Below are positions 1 to 8,279 of a DNA stretch of 42,612 nucleotides, piece by piece. Position 1 is the stretch's first letter. Every line of letters starts with the position of its first letter. Source of the stretch: an uncultured Fimbriimonadales bacterium (GTDB lineage: Bacteria; Armatimonadota; Fimbriimonadia; Fimbriimonadales; ATM1); contig CAZSPF010000016.1 in NCBI GenBank assembly GCA_964608695.1, forward strand, positions 3,350-45,961. The letters run 5' to 3'. The notes beneath the pieces were generated by a model. It was not told where the DNA came from. It saw nothing but the letters and a program-made list of their open reading frames with translations, and ran no database searches. A program made the position numbers and the translations under genes.

Positions 1-976
1 TCAAGTAGAAGATGCCCACAACAACCGCTAAAAACAAGCCGAACGGAACACCTAAGACAGAGAAAATGATAGCAGTTACAACGATGTAGATCGTTACGCT
101 TGCTGTTAAACCGCGAAGATATGATGCAAGCATCGCACTGATATCACTTAACAAATCCAGAGTACCTTTTCTTAAGGTGGGGGGAATCCACGTAATAAAT
201 CTTCTTTTGAACAAATCGTATTCCATTAAGAAAAATAGAGTGATAATCGGGATGAAGAACAATAAGATTGCGGACGAGAGCAGATATGACACAACGCCGC
301 TCGCCCCCCCTAAAGCGGTTTCGATGGAATCTTTCACGCGCTGCTCGATTTGAAGCAGTTCTTCAAAGCCTTCGCGATCTGTGGGCAGCCCCATGCGTCC
401 TAACGTTTCTGCATTGTCTTCGATCATTTTATCAACCGTTCCTTTTTCTGAAGGGTTGATGATTTCTTCGATTATCGCTTCACGATTTTTTGGTATTCCT
501 TCTTCCCTTAAATCATCTTCCGATAATGTAAGAAATAGATTTATTCTTTCCACATCGGTTTTTGGCGATTCGAGCCATTCTTGAAAATTATTTCTTGTGG
601 GAGGTTCCACTTTGAATAACACTAATCTTTCTCGTACTGTGGAGCGTCCCAAAAAGCGATCTATTTTTGTGGGGGGAAAGAGTGTGTTGTTAATATAATC
701 CTTGACAGTATCCTGAATGGAAACAACTTGATTGACGATTCGGGGTGCCGCCCATGCTCCGATAAGAGTTACAGTGCCGATAAAAATGATAAATACAATC
801 CATACCGCACCGGCTTTACTAAAGCCTCGTTTGCGCAGATTACGGATTAATGGATCAAGTAATGCCGCGGCAAAAATTGCAACGACAAACGGAAGAAGGA
901 TGGAGCGAACGAGGTATAGGAACACAAAGCAGACGACAACAATCGCCAGCCATAAAAGGACCCGTGTCCCTCCCAT
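1..976 (-). CDS. AI-2E family transporter (PerM/UPF0118-like), C-terminus outside window
   Basis: Absent from the ORF track because it runs off the left edge. My minus-strand translation from ATG at 976 reads MGGTRVLLWLAIVVVCFVFLYLVRSILLPFVVAIFAAALLDPLIRNLRK...GVPFGLFLAVVVGIFYL and stays open to position 1. Several TM helices with an AI-2E-like arrangement. Confidence 0.7.
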   Translation of the reverse strand, partial: MGGTRVLLWLAIVVVCFVFLYLVRSILLPFVVAIFAAALLDPLIRNLRKRGFSKAGAVWIVFIIFIGTVTLIGAWAAPRIVNQVVSIQDTVKDYINNTLFPPTKIDRFLGRSTVRERLVLFKVEPPTRNNFQEWLESPKTDVERINLFLTLSEDDLREEGIPKNREAIIEEIINPSEKGTVDKMIEDNAETLGRMGLPTDREGFEELLQIEQRVKDSIETALGGASGVVSYLLSSAILLFFIPIITLFFLMEYDLFKRRFITWIPPTLRKGTLDLLSDISAMLASYLRGLTASVTIYIVVTAIIFSVLGVPFGLFLAVVVGIFYL

Positions 977-991
977 ACCCCGTTCCTGAGT

Positions 992-1231
992 TTATGCTCC
1001 TACTTCATCGGGTGATTGGGCGACGCCTGCGGCTTTCTTTTCTTTGCGTTCTTTCATCCAATCGCTTACTTTATGTTTGAGGTCATCGAATTTTTTCGAT
1101 AAGTCTTCGCGTGTTTCTACACCACTTTTAGGTGCAAACAGTAAGCCGGCGGCGGCACCAATTAAGGCACCAACACCAACACCTGCCATAAAGTAGAGCC
1201 AAGTGCTTTTTTCATCGTCATGTTCGTGCAT
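992..1231 (-). CDS. YtxH domain-containing stress protein
   Basis: 79 aa. N-terminal Gly/Ala-rich TM (FMAGVGVGALIGAAAGLLFAPKSG) followed by a charged helix, the YtxH pattern. ATG start with AGGAG 6 nt upstream. Confidence 0.75.
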   Translation of the reverse strand: MHEHDDEKSTWLYFMAGVGVGALIGAAAGLLFAPKSGVETREDLSKKFDDLKHKVSDWMKERKEKKAAGVAQSPDEVGA

Positions 1232-1243
1232 GCTAATCTCCTT

Positions 1244-1678
1244 TTATTTGTCGTTAGTAGACTGTGTGATGTACTCTGGCTGCTCATCTGCAACTTGTAC
1301 TTCGTTGTCTTTTTGTTTTCTTTTCTTTTTAATTATGCCGAATACACCCATCGCTAAGCGCAAGCCGTCCATCCAGAGCGGTGCTGTCGGCTTATCAAAG
1401 ACATGACCAACTCGTGATACGGTCTTTAAGATAGGCTCGGCATCAATCAGTGTCTGTGCTGCGACTTGTGTCGTATCATTTATACGCTGGACTGCGTTTC
1501 TTGCTTCCGCCAATGCGGGACGCACTTCTTCTCGAAGCATTTTCGATACATCGTCCAACAGGTCGTCCGCACGCTTACCTGTGTTTTTTAATACGTTCAA
1601 AAGTATGAGGTTTACGATTAGTAGTACTGCTAAAAGCACAGATTGAAGGATGGCGAGAAAGATTAATATATTTTCCAT
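1244..1678 (-). CDS. YtxG-like (DUF948-type) single-pass membrane protein
   Basis: 144 aa. N-terminal TM, then a long helical segment (RADDLLDDVSKMLREEVRPALAEARNAVQRINDT). Lies next to the ytxH-like gene, as in ytxG-ytxH operons. Family assignment is from memory of the pattern. Confidence 0.5.
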   Translation of the reverse strand: MENILIFLAILQSVLLAVLLIVNLILLNVLKNTGKRADDLLDDVSKMLREEVRPALAEARNAVQRINDTTQVAAQTLIDAEPILKTVSRVGHVFDKPTAPLWMDGLRLAMGVFGIIKKKRKQKDNEVQVADEQPEYITQSTNDK

Positions 1679-1715
1679 TTTTAACCTCTTTTCTTAATTC
1701 AAGGCTACCCTGATA

Positions 1716-2105
1716 TTATCCTTCAGGTTCATCGGTTTTGGATGGGGGCAGGCTCGAAAAGTGTTCAAAGACCGACTTGAAAAGCGGTAAGCCCTCTGCC
1801 AAGTCGGTCAAATTGTCGAGCATTTTCGTCAGTTTTCCGTTGTTGAAACTAAGATGAATCTCGCTTTTCTTTTCAGGTTGTTTTTTGTATAATCTACTTA
1901 GTCTGCTTGATACGTCATGAATTTCATTTGCGGCAGTTGTGATAGCGTGAATTTCAGGTAGTAAGTTTTCTCGGAAAGAAGAGATGGTAATGTGGATTTT
2001 TTTTTGGATGCTTTTTGCTTGCGTGAAGAGTTCCCATGCTTTGAAGCCCAACAGCACAGCAAGTACTGTGAGAACAAACGCCATAATGATAAGAACGAAT
2101 TCCAT
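1716..2105 (-). CDS. DUF948-like single-pass membrane protein (second copy)
   Basis: I place the start at the internal ATG at 2105 (MEFVLIIMAFVLTVLAVLLGF...). AGGAG lies 8 nt upstream and the ATG overlaps the mnmA stop as ATGA. The longer track ORF (to 2147) would run into mnmA. Confidence 0.45.
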   Translation of the reverse strand: MEFVLIIMAFVLTVLAVLLGFKAWELFTQAKSIQKKIHITISSFRENLLPEIHAITTAANEIHDVSSRLSRLYKKQPEKKSEIHLSFNNGKLTKMLDNLTDLAEGLPLFKSVFEHFSSLPPSKTDEPEG

Positions 2106-3187
2106 CAGTTTTCTCCTTTTGTGATTGTACCGCCTGCGATGATGCAATCGTCTTGATAAAACACTGCTGTTTGCCCAGGAGTTACTGCCCGGACGGGTTC
2201 ATCGAAAATTGCAAAAGTTGGCTCATCAGCATGCAATACAGCAGGTGCAATCGGCATGTTGTATCTAATTTTTCCGTCAACTTTGTAGGTTTTTCCTTTT
2301 TCGAGTCCTTCAACCACGTTTTCAAAATACACTTTTTTAGTGAGGAGTTCATCGTTGTTTCCCACAACAATTTTATTTTCTTTTGGTTCTATTTTCAAGA
2401 CATAAAGCGGGCGACCGTCTATATTTGTGCGGATGCGTCTTCGTTGTCCGATGGTGTATAAACCTACCCCCCCGTGCTTTCCTACAGTTTTTCCTTCAGA
2501 TGTGACAATATCTCCTTCTTTAAAAACATCGGGACGGTGTTCTTTTAGAAATTCGGCATACCCCCCCGATTCACTCACAAAGCAGATATCTTGCGATTCG
2601 GGTTTATTGGCGAGTGAGAGCCCAAGGTCTTTTGCAATTTGTCTTGTTTCACTTTTATCTGTTACTTCGCCGAGAGGAAACATTACACGTGATAATTGCT
2701 TTTGACTTAACATGTAAACTGCGTAACTTTGATCTTTGCTAAGTGCTTTTGCGCGCATGACTCTGAATAAATTTGTCTTAGTATCTTTTATCACACGTGC
2801 GTAGTGTCCGGTTGCAATCATTTCACAGCCGATTTCGTCTGCTTTTTGCATTAACAAGTCGAACTTGACGTGACGATTGCATTCGACACAAGGGTTTGGC
2901 GTTCTGCCATCCGAGTATTCATTTAAAAAATGTTCGATGACTTTGTCTTTGAATTCTTGTTTGAAGTTAATTACGTAATATGGGATGTTTAGGACTCGTG
3001 CAACCCGCCTTGCGTCTTCCACCGCACCTAACGAGCAACATCCTGCATGCCGCGGATCAGTTTGGCTTTCCTGCCAGATTTGCATTGTGATTCCCATGAC
3101 ATCGTGTCCTTGACGAACGAGCAATCCTGCTACAACACTACTGTCAACCCCCCCCGACATAGCGATTAAAACTCTTTTCTTTTTCAT
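2105..3187 (-). CDS. mnmA: tRNA 2-thiouridine(34) synthase MnmA
   Basis: PP-loop motif AMSGGVDSS, conserved Cys region NPCVECN, full-length MnmA-like sequence. Start placed at MKKKRVLIAMSGG (3187), which overlaps the upstream gene stop as ATGA. The 36-aa N-terminal extension in the track overlaps that gene. Confidence 0.93.
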   Translation of the reverse strand: MKKKRVLIAMSGGVDSSVVAGLLVRQGHDVMGITMQIWQESQTDPRHAGCCSLGAVEDARRVARVLNIPYYVINFKQEFKDKVIEHFLNEYSDGRTPNPCVECNRHVKFDLLMQKADEIGCEMIATGHYARVIKDTKTNLFRVMRAKALSKDQSYAVYMLSQKQLSRVMFPLGEVTDKSETRQIAKDLGLSLANKPESQDICFVSESGGYAEFLKEHRPDVFKEGDIVTSEGKTVGKHGGVGLYTIGQRRRIRTNIDGRPLYVLKIEPKENKIVVGNNDELLTKKVYFENVVEGLEKGKTYKVDGKIRYNMPIAPAVLHADEPTFAIFDEPVRAVTPGQTAVFYQDDCIIAGGTITKGEN

Positions 3188-4320
3188 TGATTCACACCCA
3201 CATGCTTTTGAATCATCTCTTCGGACAGCAGCTCGTTTATGGCTGAACCGGCGCCCATAAATGTTACGCCATCGGGATATGTGACAATCCAGCAAGGTGT
3301 TAAATCCACACCTAATCTTGTGGCGTCGGCTATGTCTTGTTGAATTTTTTCTGCAATTGGCGTTTTTGCAAAATCTTGCATGAGAACTTTTGCGGCATCT
3401 TCCGTTCTTAATCCCACCGCCTGCACCATGCCAACGATATCATCTTCCGATTGCAGAGATGGATTGTCGAATGCAACGTGAACGTACTCCCAAAACTTTC
3501 CTTGAGTTCTTGCAAACTCTGCGATGAATGCGGCTTTCATGGAATTAGGATGCAGTGCTATCATCGGAAAATGTCTGAAATAAAGTTTTACTTTTCCTTG
3601 TAAATCAGAGTTTAGCCTTTTCATAATCAAACCGTGATAAGTTCTGCACGAGGGGCAGTGCAGATCAGAAAACACCACGACTTGAATGGGAGCATTGACA
3701 TCGCCATAAACCGGATTCCAGTCTCTTACGACGTGTACATCGGGGGGGATGCTTATTTCTTTTGGTGCGAGCAATTTATCAGCGGTGAGCTTTAATGAAT
3801 AACCGTAAATGCCGAAACCTGAAAAAATTAAAACGAAAATCAGCGGCATAACAAATTTTGGGAATCTACTTGATATGATTTGTTTGCTTTGATAAATACC
3901 GGAAATGGTTTGCAAAATCAAACCTGTTGCAAAAATTATGCCGCTTGCAGTGCACCAAAGGCAGTTAGCTTTGATTTCGGAATAGGCGTGTGCAAGTAAG
4001 AAGACACTGATGCCAGTGCAAATCGCAAAAGAAAGCCACATGGTGAAAGCGAGTTTTTCTGTGTTGTGCACACCTTTGAATTCACGGATGACTGCTAAGC
4101 AAGCGATGAAGAGATATGCGGCAACGCCGAAAAATGCGATCGGAACAGCGCCGATTTTGCTCCACGGGTCCATGGCGACGTGGTCGCATCCTGAGAAGTG
4201 TTCGCCGGTTCCGCACGGCAGTTTCACACCGGCGAGATGTGAAATTCCGATGACCAAAGCCACTCCTGCGCCGACGCCGGTGAGGATGATGATGATGCGG
4301 TTGAAAAGCAATTGGAGCAT
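3184..4320 (-). CDS. VKOR (vitamin K epoxide reductase-like) membrane domain fused to a DsbA/thioredoxin-like domain
   Basis: N-terminal half has about 5 TM helices with a loop Cys pair (CGTGEHFSGC) and a membrane CxxC (CLWC). C-terminal half has the DsbA-type FSDLHCPSCRTYH active site. Confidence 0.8.
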   Translation of the reverse strand: MLQLLFNRIIIILTGVGAGVALVIGISHLAGVKLPCGTGEHFSGCDHVAMDPWSKIGAVPIAFFGVAAYLFIACLAVIREFKGVHNTEKLAFTMWLSFAICTGISVFLLAHAYSEIKANCLWCTASGIIFATGLILQTISGIYQSKQIISSRFPKFVMPLIFVLIFSGFGIYGYSLKLTADKLLAPKEISIPPDVHVVRDWNPVYGDVNAPIQVVVFSDLHCPSCRTYHGLIMKRLNSDLQGKVKLYFRHFPMIALHPNSMKAAFIAEFARTQGKFWEYVHVAFDNPSLQSEDDIVGMVQAVGLRTEDAAKVLMQDFAKTPIAEKIQQDIADATRLGVDLTPCWIVTYPDGVTFMGAGSAINELLSEEMIQKHVGVNQ

Positions 4321-4331
4321 CCAGATAGGGG

Positions 4332-4337
4332 ATTATA
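4332..4337 (-). promoter_or_regulatory. Putative -10 box (perfect TATAAT on minus strand) for the VKOR-mnmA-ytxG/H operon
   Basis: Minus strand reads ...gttacatcgctaaggcgaaagtcgTATAATcccctatctggATG. Only 11 nt separate the hexamer from the ATG at 4320 and there is no Shine-Dalgarno. The -35 (TTACAT) is weak. Confidence 0.35.
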
Positions 4338-4501
4338 CGACTTTCGCCTTAGCGATGTAACGTTTTGAGTTGGTGTGCGTCGAAATATTGCGCATGTCCT
4401 CTGGGGGGTTCGGAATTGAGCGAAACGCTCATTACGACCTCCCAATACTCTTTTTTTCCCCTCTGTGGTTGACATTTTGTCGAGTTATGTGCTTCCTTTA
4501 T

Positions 4502-4978
4502 ATGAGCAAAAATTATTTTGATTTGAGGGAGTTGATGGTGAAGGTAGCGGAGCAAGAGTTGAAGAAGGGAGCGAAAGAGATTGGCGGCAACAATCGCGGG
4601 GCGTTTGTTGAGAAATACCTTCAGGGCACAGGTCTGAAAGCTCCTCAACCTTGGTGTGCGGCGTTTGTGAGTTGGTGCTTGCATGAAGCGGGCAGGAGGT
4701 TGAAGGTTAAGCCCAAATTGCCTTATACGGCAGGTTCAAGGGTGCTGTTGAATGCGGCGAAGCGGTTGAAATTGGTTGTGCCTGAACCAGAGCGCGGGGA
4801 CCTTGTTTTTTGGACGAGAGGAAACCCGGAAGGACCTTTTGGGCATGTGGGAATCGTCTGTAGTAGGAAGTCAGACAAGATTGTTACCATCGAGGGGAAC
4901 AAAGGCGGACGTGTTTGTACGCTTCAGTATGAACTTGGGAAGATGCCGTGTTTACTCGGTTTTGCGAGGGTGGCTTGA
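4502..4978 (+). CDS. CHAP-domain protein (putative peptidoglycan amidase/endopeptidase)
   Basis: Catalytic-Cys context PQPWCAAFVSWCLHEAG, His context GHVGIV, then TIEGN. The start is uncertain: ATG 4502, or ATG 4535 preceded by GAGGGAG. The track start at 4370 adds non-protein-like sequence. No signal peptide is evident. Confidence 0.7.
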   Translation: MSKNYFDLRELMVKVAEQELKKGAKEIGGNNRGAFVEKYLQGTGLKAPQPWCAAFVSWCLHEAGRRLKVKPKLPYTAGSRVLLNAAKRLKLVVPEPERGDLVFWTRGNPEGPFGHVGIVCSRKSDKIVTIEGNKGGRVCTLQYELGKMPCLLGFARVA

Positions 4979-5048
4979 GTGGAATTGACCTCAGGAACTT
5001 TTGGGCGGTTACGATTGTTTTTCTTTATGAGCCCTTTGGGCACACATC

Positions 5049-5654
5049 ATGGACCTGCATCGAAATACAATAACAGCGGAAGAGCAAGAGCGATTCGACG
5101 AGTTGATGAAGCGAACCTATAAAAAGGTTTACAACATGGCGTATCGGCTTTCGGGCAATGCGAGCGACGCGGAGGATCTCACTCAGGACACGTTTATCCG
5201 CGCCTTAAGGGCATTTGACACCTATGACGGCGGGAAGCCTTTTGAGAACTGGGTATTCAGGATATTGTCTCGTTTGTTTTTGGATTTATTGAGGTACAGG
5301 AAGCGTCGTGTGGTTACGGTTTCTTATGACGCACCGATCCCGCAGGAAAACGACGATACGCTGTTTTTTGAAAAGGCTGATGAGCACAACAGTCCGGAGC
5401 GTATTTTGTTAAGCGAAAGTTTGAGTGAATCTATGGAGCATGCGATTATGTCGCTGACTCCGGAGCAGAGGTTGATTGTGGTGATGGCGGATTTGGAGGG
5501 TGTTCCTTATAAGGACATAGCGGAGATGGTGGATGCACCGATAGGGACGATTCGCAGCAGGCTTCATAGGATTCATAAGCAGTTGAGAAAGCGTTTGGAC
5601 GAGTGGGAGCAAAAGAATAAGTCGCAGAAGTTGTCTTTGTGTAAGGCGTCTTAA
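5049..5654 (+). CDS. ECF-type RNA polymerase sigma-70 family factor
   Basis: Region 2 (DAEDLTQDTFIRALRAFDTYD...FENWVFRI) and region 4 HTH (PYKDIAEMVDAPIGTIRSRLHRIHKQLRK). Confidence 0.85.
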   Translation: MDLHRNTITAEEQERFDELMKRTYKKVYNMAYRLSGNASDAEDLTQDTFIRALRAFDTYDGGKPFENWVFRILSRLFLDLLRYRKRRVVTVSYDAPIPQENDDTLFFEKADEHNSPERILLSESLSESMEHAIMSLTPEQRLIVVMADLEGVPYKDIAEMVDAPIGTIRSRLHRIHKQLRKRLDEWEQKNKSQKLSLCKAS

Positions 5655-5746
5655 CTGTCACCGAAATAGCCGCTCTCTGAAAAAACATCCGAAAGACAGG
5701 TAGTTCTATGGTCAATTACCCAAAACCGCTGTGACAAACCTGCTCT

Positions 5747-7288
5747 CTACAAATCTGCAGACAATCCCTGCGCCAGAGCAATTTTTTTCGAGTGATTCAC
5801 TGTGAACGCTGTGCGGTGCGTTACCGCATCCATCAGCCCTTCCGCCGAAGGATGGCCGTTGCCGGAGTTCTTTACCCCGCCAAACGGCAAATGCACCTCA
5901 GCGCCTATCGAGGGAAGATTCACATAACCCAAACCGTATTCGCAGTTATCGCGAACATATCTCCACTTGCGATAGTCTTCTGTGATTACCGCCAGCGCTA
6001 AGCCGTAGTCCGTGTCGTTGTAAACTTCCACAGCCTGCTCCAGCCCTTCCACCGGAATAATCGCGACATGCGGGCTAAACGCCTCCTCTCGCAGGCAGAA
6101 CGTGCCCGGACGATACTCCATGCGATACACAAACGGCTTTACAAAATTGCCGTGCGCAAAATCACCGTCCGTGAGTTCTCCGCCCTCGCGCAGCACCTGC
6201 GCGCCTTCTTCGATGGCTTTTTTGTTGTGATACAGATATTTCTCTACGCCTTCTCGATTGATGAGCGGACCCATAAAAACGTCCTCGTTTAGCCCGTTAC
6301 CGACCTTGATTCGGTCTACCGTAGCCAAAAACTTCTCCTGAAACTCGTCCACGATTTTCCTGTCCACGATGAGCCTGTTCGAGGTGACGCACCTTTGCCC
6401 GCTGGTCTTAAACGCACTGAGAATGCCCGCAGATACCGCCAAGTCCACATCCGCATCTTCCAGCACGATGACTGCATTCTTTCCTCCCATTTCGGTAGCG
6501 GCAAACTTATGCGCACCATTTGCGGCTTGCTGTTGAACAAGTTTTCCGACCTTGTAACTTCCCGTGAATAGCACGACATCTACGTCGGGATGTTTCACCA
6601 ACGGTGCACCCGCCGTCTCACCCATCCCGTGAACGATGTTAATTACTCCGGGAGGGAACCCTGCCTCTTCCATCAACTTAAACAGGTAATCCGCACAAAT
6701 CGGTGTCTCCTCGCTCGGCTTCAGCACCACGGTATTTCCTGCAACGAGCGACGGCGTCATCTCCCAAAGCGGAATCGCCATGGGGAAGTTCCAAGGTGTA
6801 ATGCATGCCACAACACCCTTCGGCTTGCGCCGAATGTAAGCGTCTTTGTCGGGAATCTCGCTGCTGATGCACTCACCGATTGGCAATCGCCCATACGCCG
6901 CGGCAAACTGCACCATGTGCAGTGTTTCCACAACATCCGCCCGTCCTTCGTTTAGGGGTTTTCCGCATTCTCGCGTGACCAGGCGGCTCATCTTCTCGAG
7001 GTCTCGTTTGATGAGTTGCGCGAAATTGTCGAGAATCTCTCCGCGACGCACCCAACTCAATTCTTTCCATTTCTTGAACGCCGCTCTTGCGGCTGAGACA
7101 GCTTCGTTGATGTCTCGTTCGTCGGAATTGGGGGCTGTGCCTATGATTTCGCGTTTATCTGCCGGGTTCAGGCTTTCGAACCGCTTGCCTGTTGCGGAAT
7201 CCTTCCATTTCCCATTAATAAAGTTTTTTGCTTCGACGGGCGATTTTGTGTCGTGCTGATCTGTGCTTGCTTCTGTGTAAGTTGCCAT
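5747..7288 (-). CDS. NAD(P)+-dependent aldehyde dehydrogenase family protein
   Basis: ALDH hallmarks: FTGSYKVGK, catalytic Glu context EMGGKN, catalytic Cys context GQRCVTSNR. I prefer ATG 7288 (MATYTE...) over the track GTG at 7294, because TATAAT sits at 7295-7300. Confidence 0.9.
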   Translation of the reverse strand: MATYTEASTDQHDTKSPVEAKNFINGKWKDSATGKRFESLNPADKREIIGTAPNSDERDINEAVSAARAAFKKWKELSWVRRGEILDNFAQLIKRDLEKMSRLVTRECGKPLNEGRADVVETLHMVQFAAAYGRLPIGECISSEIPDKDAYIRRKPKGVVACITPWNFPMAIPLWEMTPSLVAGNTVVLKPSEETPICADYLFKLMEEAGFPPGVINIVHGMGETAGAPLVKHPDVDVVLFTGSYKVGKLVQQQAANGAHKFAATEMGGKNAVIVLEDADVDLAVSAGILSAFKTSGQRCVTSNRLIVDRKIVDEFQEKFLATVDRIKVGNGLNEDVFMGPLINREGVEKYLYHNKKAIEEGAQVLREGGELTDGDFAHGNFVKPFVYRMEYRPGTFCLREEAFSPHVAIIPVEGLEQAVEVYNDTDYGLALAVITEDYRKWRYVRDNCEYGLGYVNLPSIGAEVHLPFGGVKNSGNGHPSAEGLMDAVTHRTAFTVNHSKKIALAQGLSADL

Positions 7289-7294
7289 ATTCAC

Positions 7295-7300
7295 ATTATA
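7295..7300 (-). promoter_or_regulatory. Putative -10 box (TATAAT) directly upstream of the aldehyde dehydrogenase ATG
   Basis: Minus strand reads ttaaaaaacagtgctttcagcctgTATAATgtgaatATG. There are 6 nt between the hexamer and the ATG, a TTAAAA -35-like element at 17-nt spacing, and no SD. Confidence 0.35.
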
Positions 7301-7330
7301 CAGGCTGAAAGCACTGTTTTTTAACCTGTT

Positions 7331-8185
7331 TCAGTTTTGCTGAATCATTCTTCTCGCGTTTCCTGCATACAAGCCGTTAGGCTCAAGAGACAGATATTTT
7401 TCTAATGCACTTACTGCTTCAGTTTTGTTTCCTGTGTGCATTAACGCCGATCCATAAAAGTACCAACTGCTATGCGGTGCGTTTGCGTCTGCTACTGCTT
7501 TGGCATAAGTTTTTGCTGCGTTTTGCATGTCTCCTATTTTGTAGAAACAGGCACCTGCATTCGACAGAAAGATTCCGTTTCCTGCAGGGTTGAGTTCAGA
7601 TGCCTTTAAGAAAAACGGAATGGCGTCTCTGTGCCTACCCATCCGAACGTATGTGCTTCCCACGTTGTTACGCAATGATGCGTTCTCGGCATCGAGATAA
7701 ATTGCCGTCATTCCTGCTTTGAGTGCGTCATCCAGTTTGTTGTCTCCCACATAAGCAAGCGCAAGGCTCGACCAAATCGCACTTTGTCCTGTGTCGTATA
7801 GTAATGCTTGCTTGAATTGCTCTATGGCTTGAGCATATCTTCCATCCTGTAGGTTTCTGATTCCGTTTTGATAATGTGTGTTCATGCTTGCGATTTTCTT
7901 CTCAAGCGGAATGTTTTTCGGGAAATAGAGGGTGATGTTTTGTGAGTCGAATTCGATGGTGAGGGAGTGAAGAGTAAAAAGTTGTTTGCCTGCTATTATC
8001 CGTAAAGTGTATTCCCCTTTCTGCAAATCAGGTAGCGAAAAGTTGTTGTTCGAGAAAGTTTTTTCAATGACTGTATCGCCTTGTGTTAGGGTGAGTTTCC
8101 ATTCTTGTGGTGGAACATCCTGCCATACGATACTGCCTGAAAGTTGAGATGCGACGCTGAAAGCAAATAGAAGTACAGGGTTCAT
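7331..8185 (-). CDS. Secreted TPR-repeat protein
   Basis: Signal-like N-terminus (MNPVLLFAFSVASQLSG), a small beta-rich module, then repeated TPR-like units (AIEQFKQALLYD, AIPFFLKASELNP, AAKTYAKAVADA, AVSALEKYLSLEP). AGGAG lies 7 nt upstream of the ATG. Confidence 0.7.
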   Translation of the reverse strand: MNPVLLFAFSVASQLSGSIVWQDVPPQEWKLTLTQGDTVIEKTFSNNNFSLPDLQKGEYTLRIIAGKQLFTLHSLTIEFDSQNITLYFPKNIPLEKKIASMNTHYQNGIRNLQDGRYAQAIEQFKQALLYDTGQSAIWSSLALAYVGDNKLDDALKAGMTAIYLDAENASLRNNVGSTYVRMGRHRDAIPFFLKASELNPAGNGIFLSNAGACFYKIGDMQNAAKTYAKAVADANAPHSSWYFYGSALMHTGNKTEAVSALEKYLSLEPNGLYAGNARRMIQQN

Positions 8186-8241
8186 GTTTTTCTCCTCTTT
8201 TCATTTTTTACGTTCAAATACGATGTGTTATTCCGATTTTT

Positions 8242-8272
8242 TTGGCAAGCGATACCTGCTGCATGTTAGAAT
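8242..8272 (+). promoter_or_regulatory. Putative promoter: TTGGCA (-35) plus extended -10 TGtTAGAAT, 7 nt before ATG 8280
   Basis: TTGGCA at 8242-8247, a 19-nt spacer (long), TG at 8264-8265, TAGAAT at 8267-8272, then tgcagtt and ATG. No SD. Confidence 0.35.
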
Positions 8273-8279
8273 TGCAGTT

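Noticed and set aside
3188-3295. N-terminal extensions in the ORF track: mnmA to 3295, 1716..2147, 8184 start, 4370 start, 27289 start, and TTG starts at 33489, 36779 and 42592.
   Set aside because: The extensions overlap the upstream gene or add non-protein-like sequence. Internal ATG/GTG starts give canonical N-termini, SD sites or ATGA coupling. The track evidently allows GTG/TTG and reports the longest ORF.
4985-5014. Autoregulatory ECF-type promoter (GGAAC ... CGAT), or a sigma-70 TTGACC/TACGAT promoter, upstream of the sigma factor gene.
   Set aside because: The spacing between AAC and CGA is about 13 nt, against the 16-17 expected for ECF promoters. The sigma-70 reading needs a 19-nt spacer. 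This is too weak to call.
5747-7288. Aldehyde dehydrogenase as a horizontally acquired GC-rich island.
   Set aside because: My sampled GC (about 48-63%) is only modestly above other conserved genes such as atpA and lon (about 50%). The larger contrast is the AT-richness of the accessory giant genes, so no island call is made.
8186-8279. Possible cobalamin riboswitch upstream of the BtuF-like binding protein.
   Set aside because: The 94-nt spacer is too short for a B12 element and I saw no B12-box-like GCCACUG. The region is better explained by a promoter 7 nt from the ATG.
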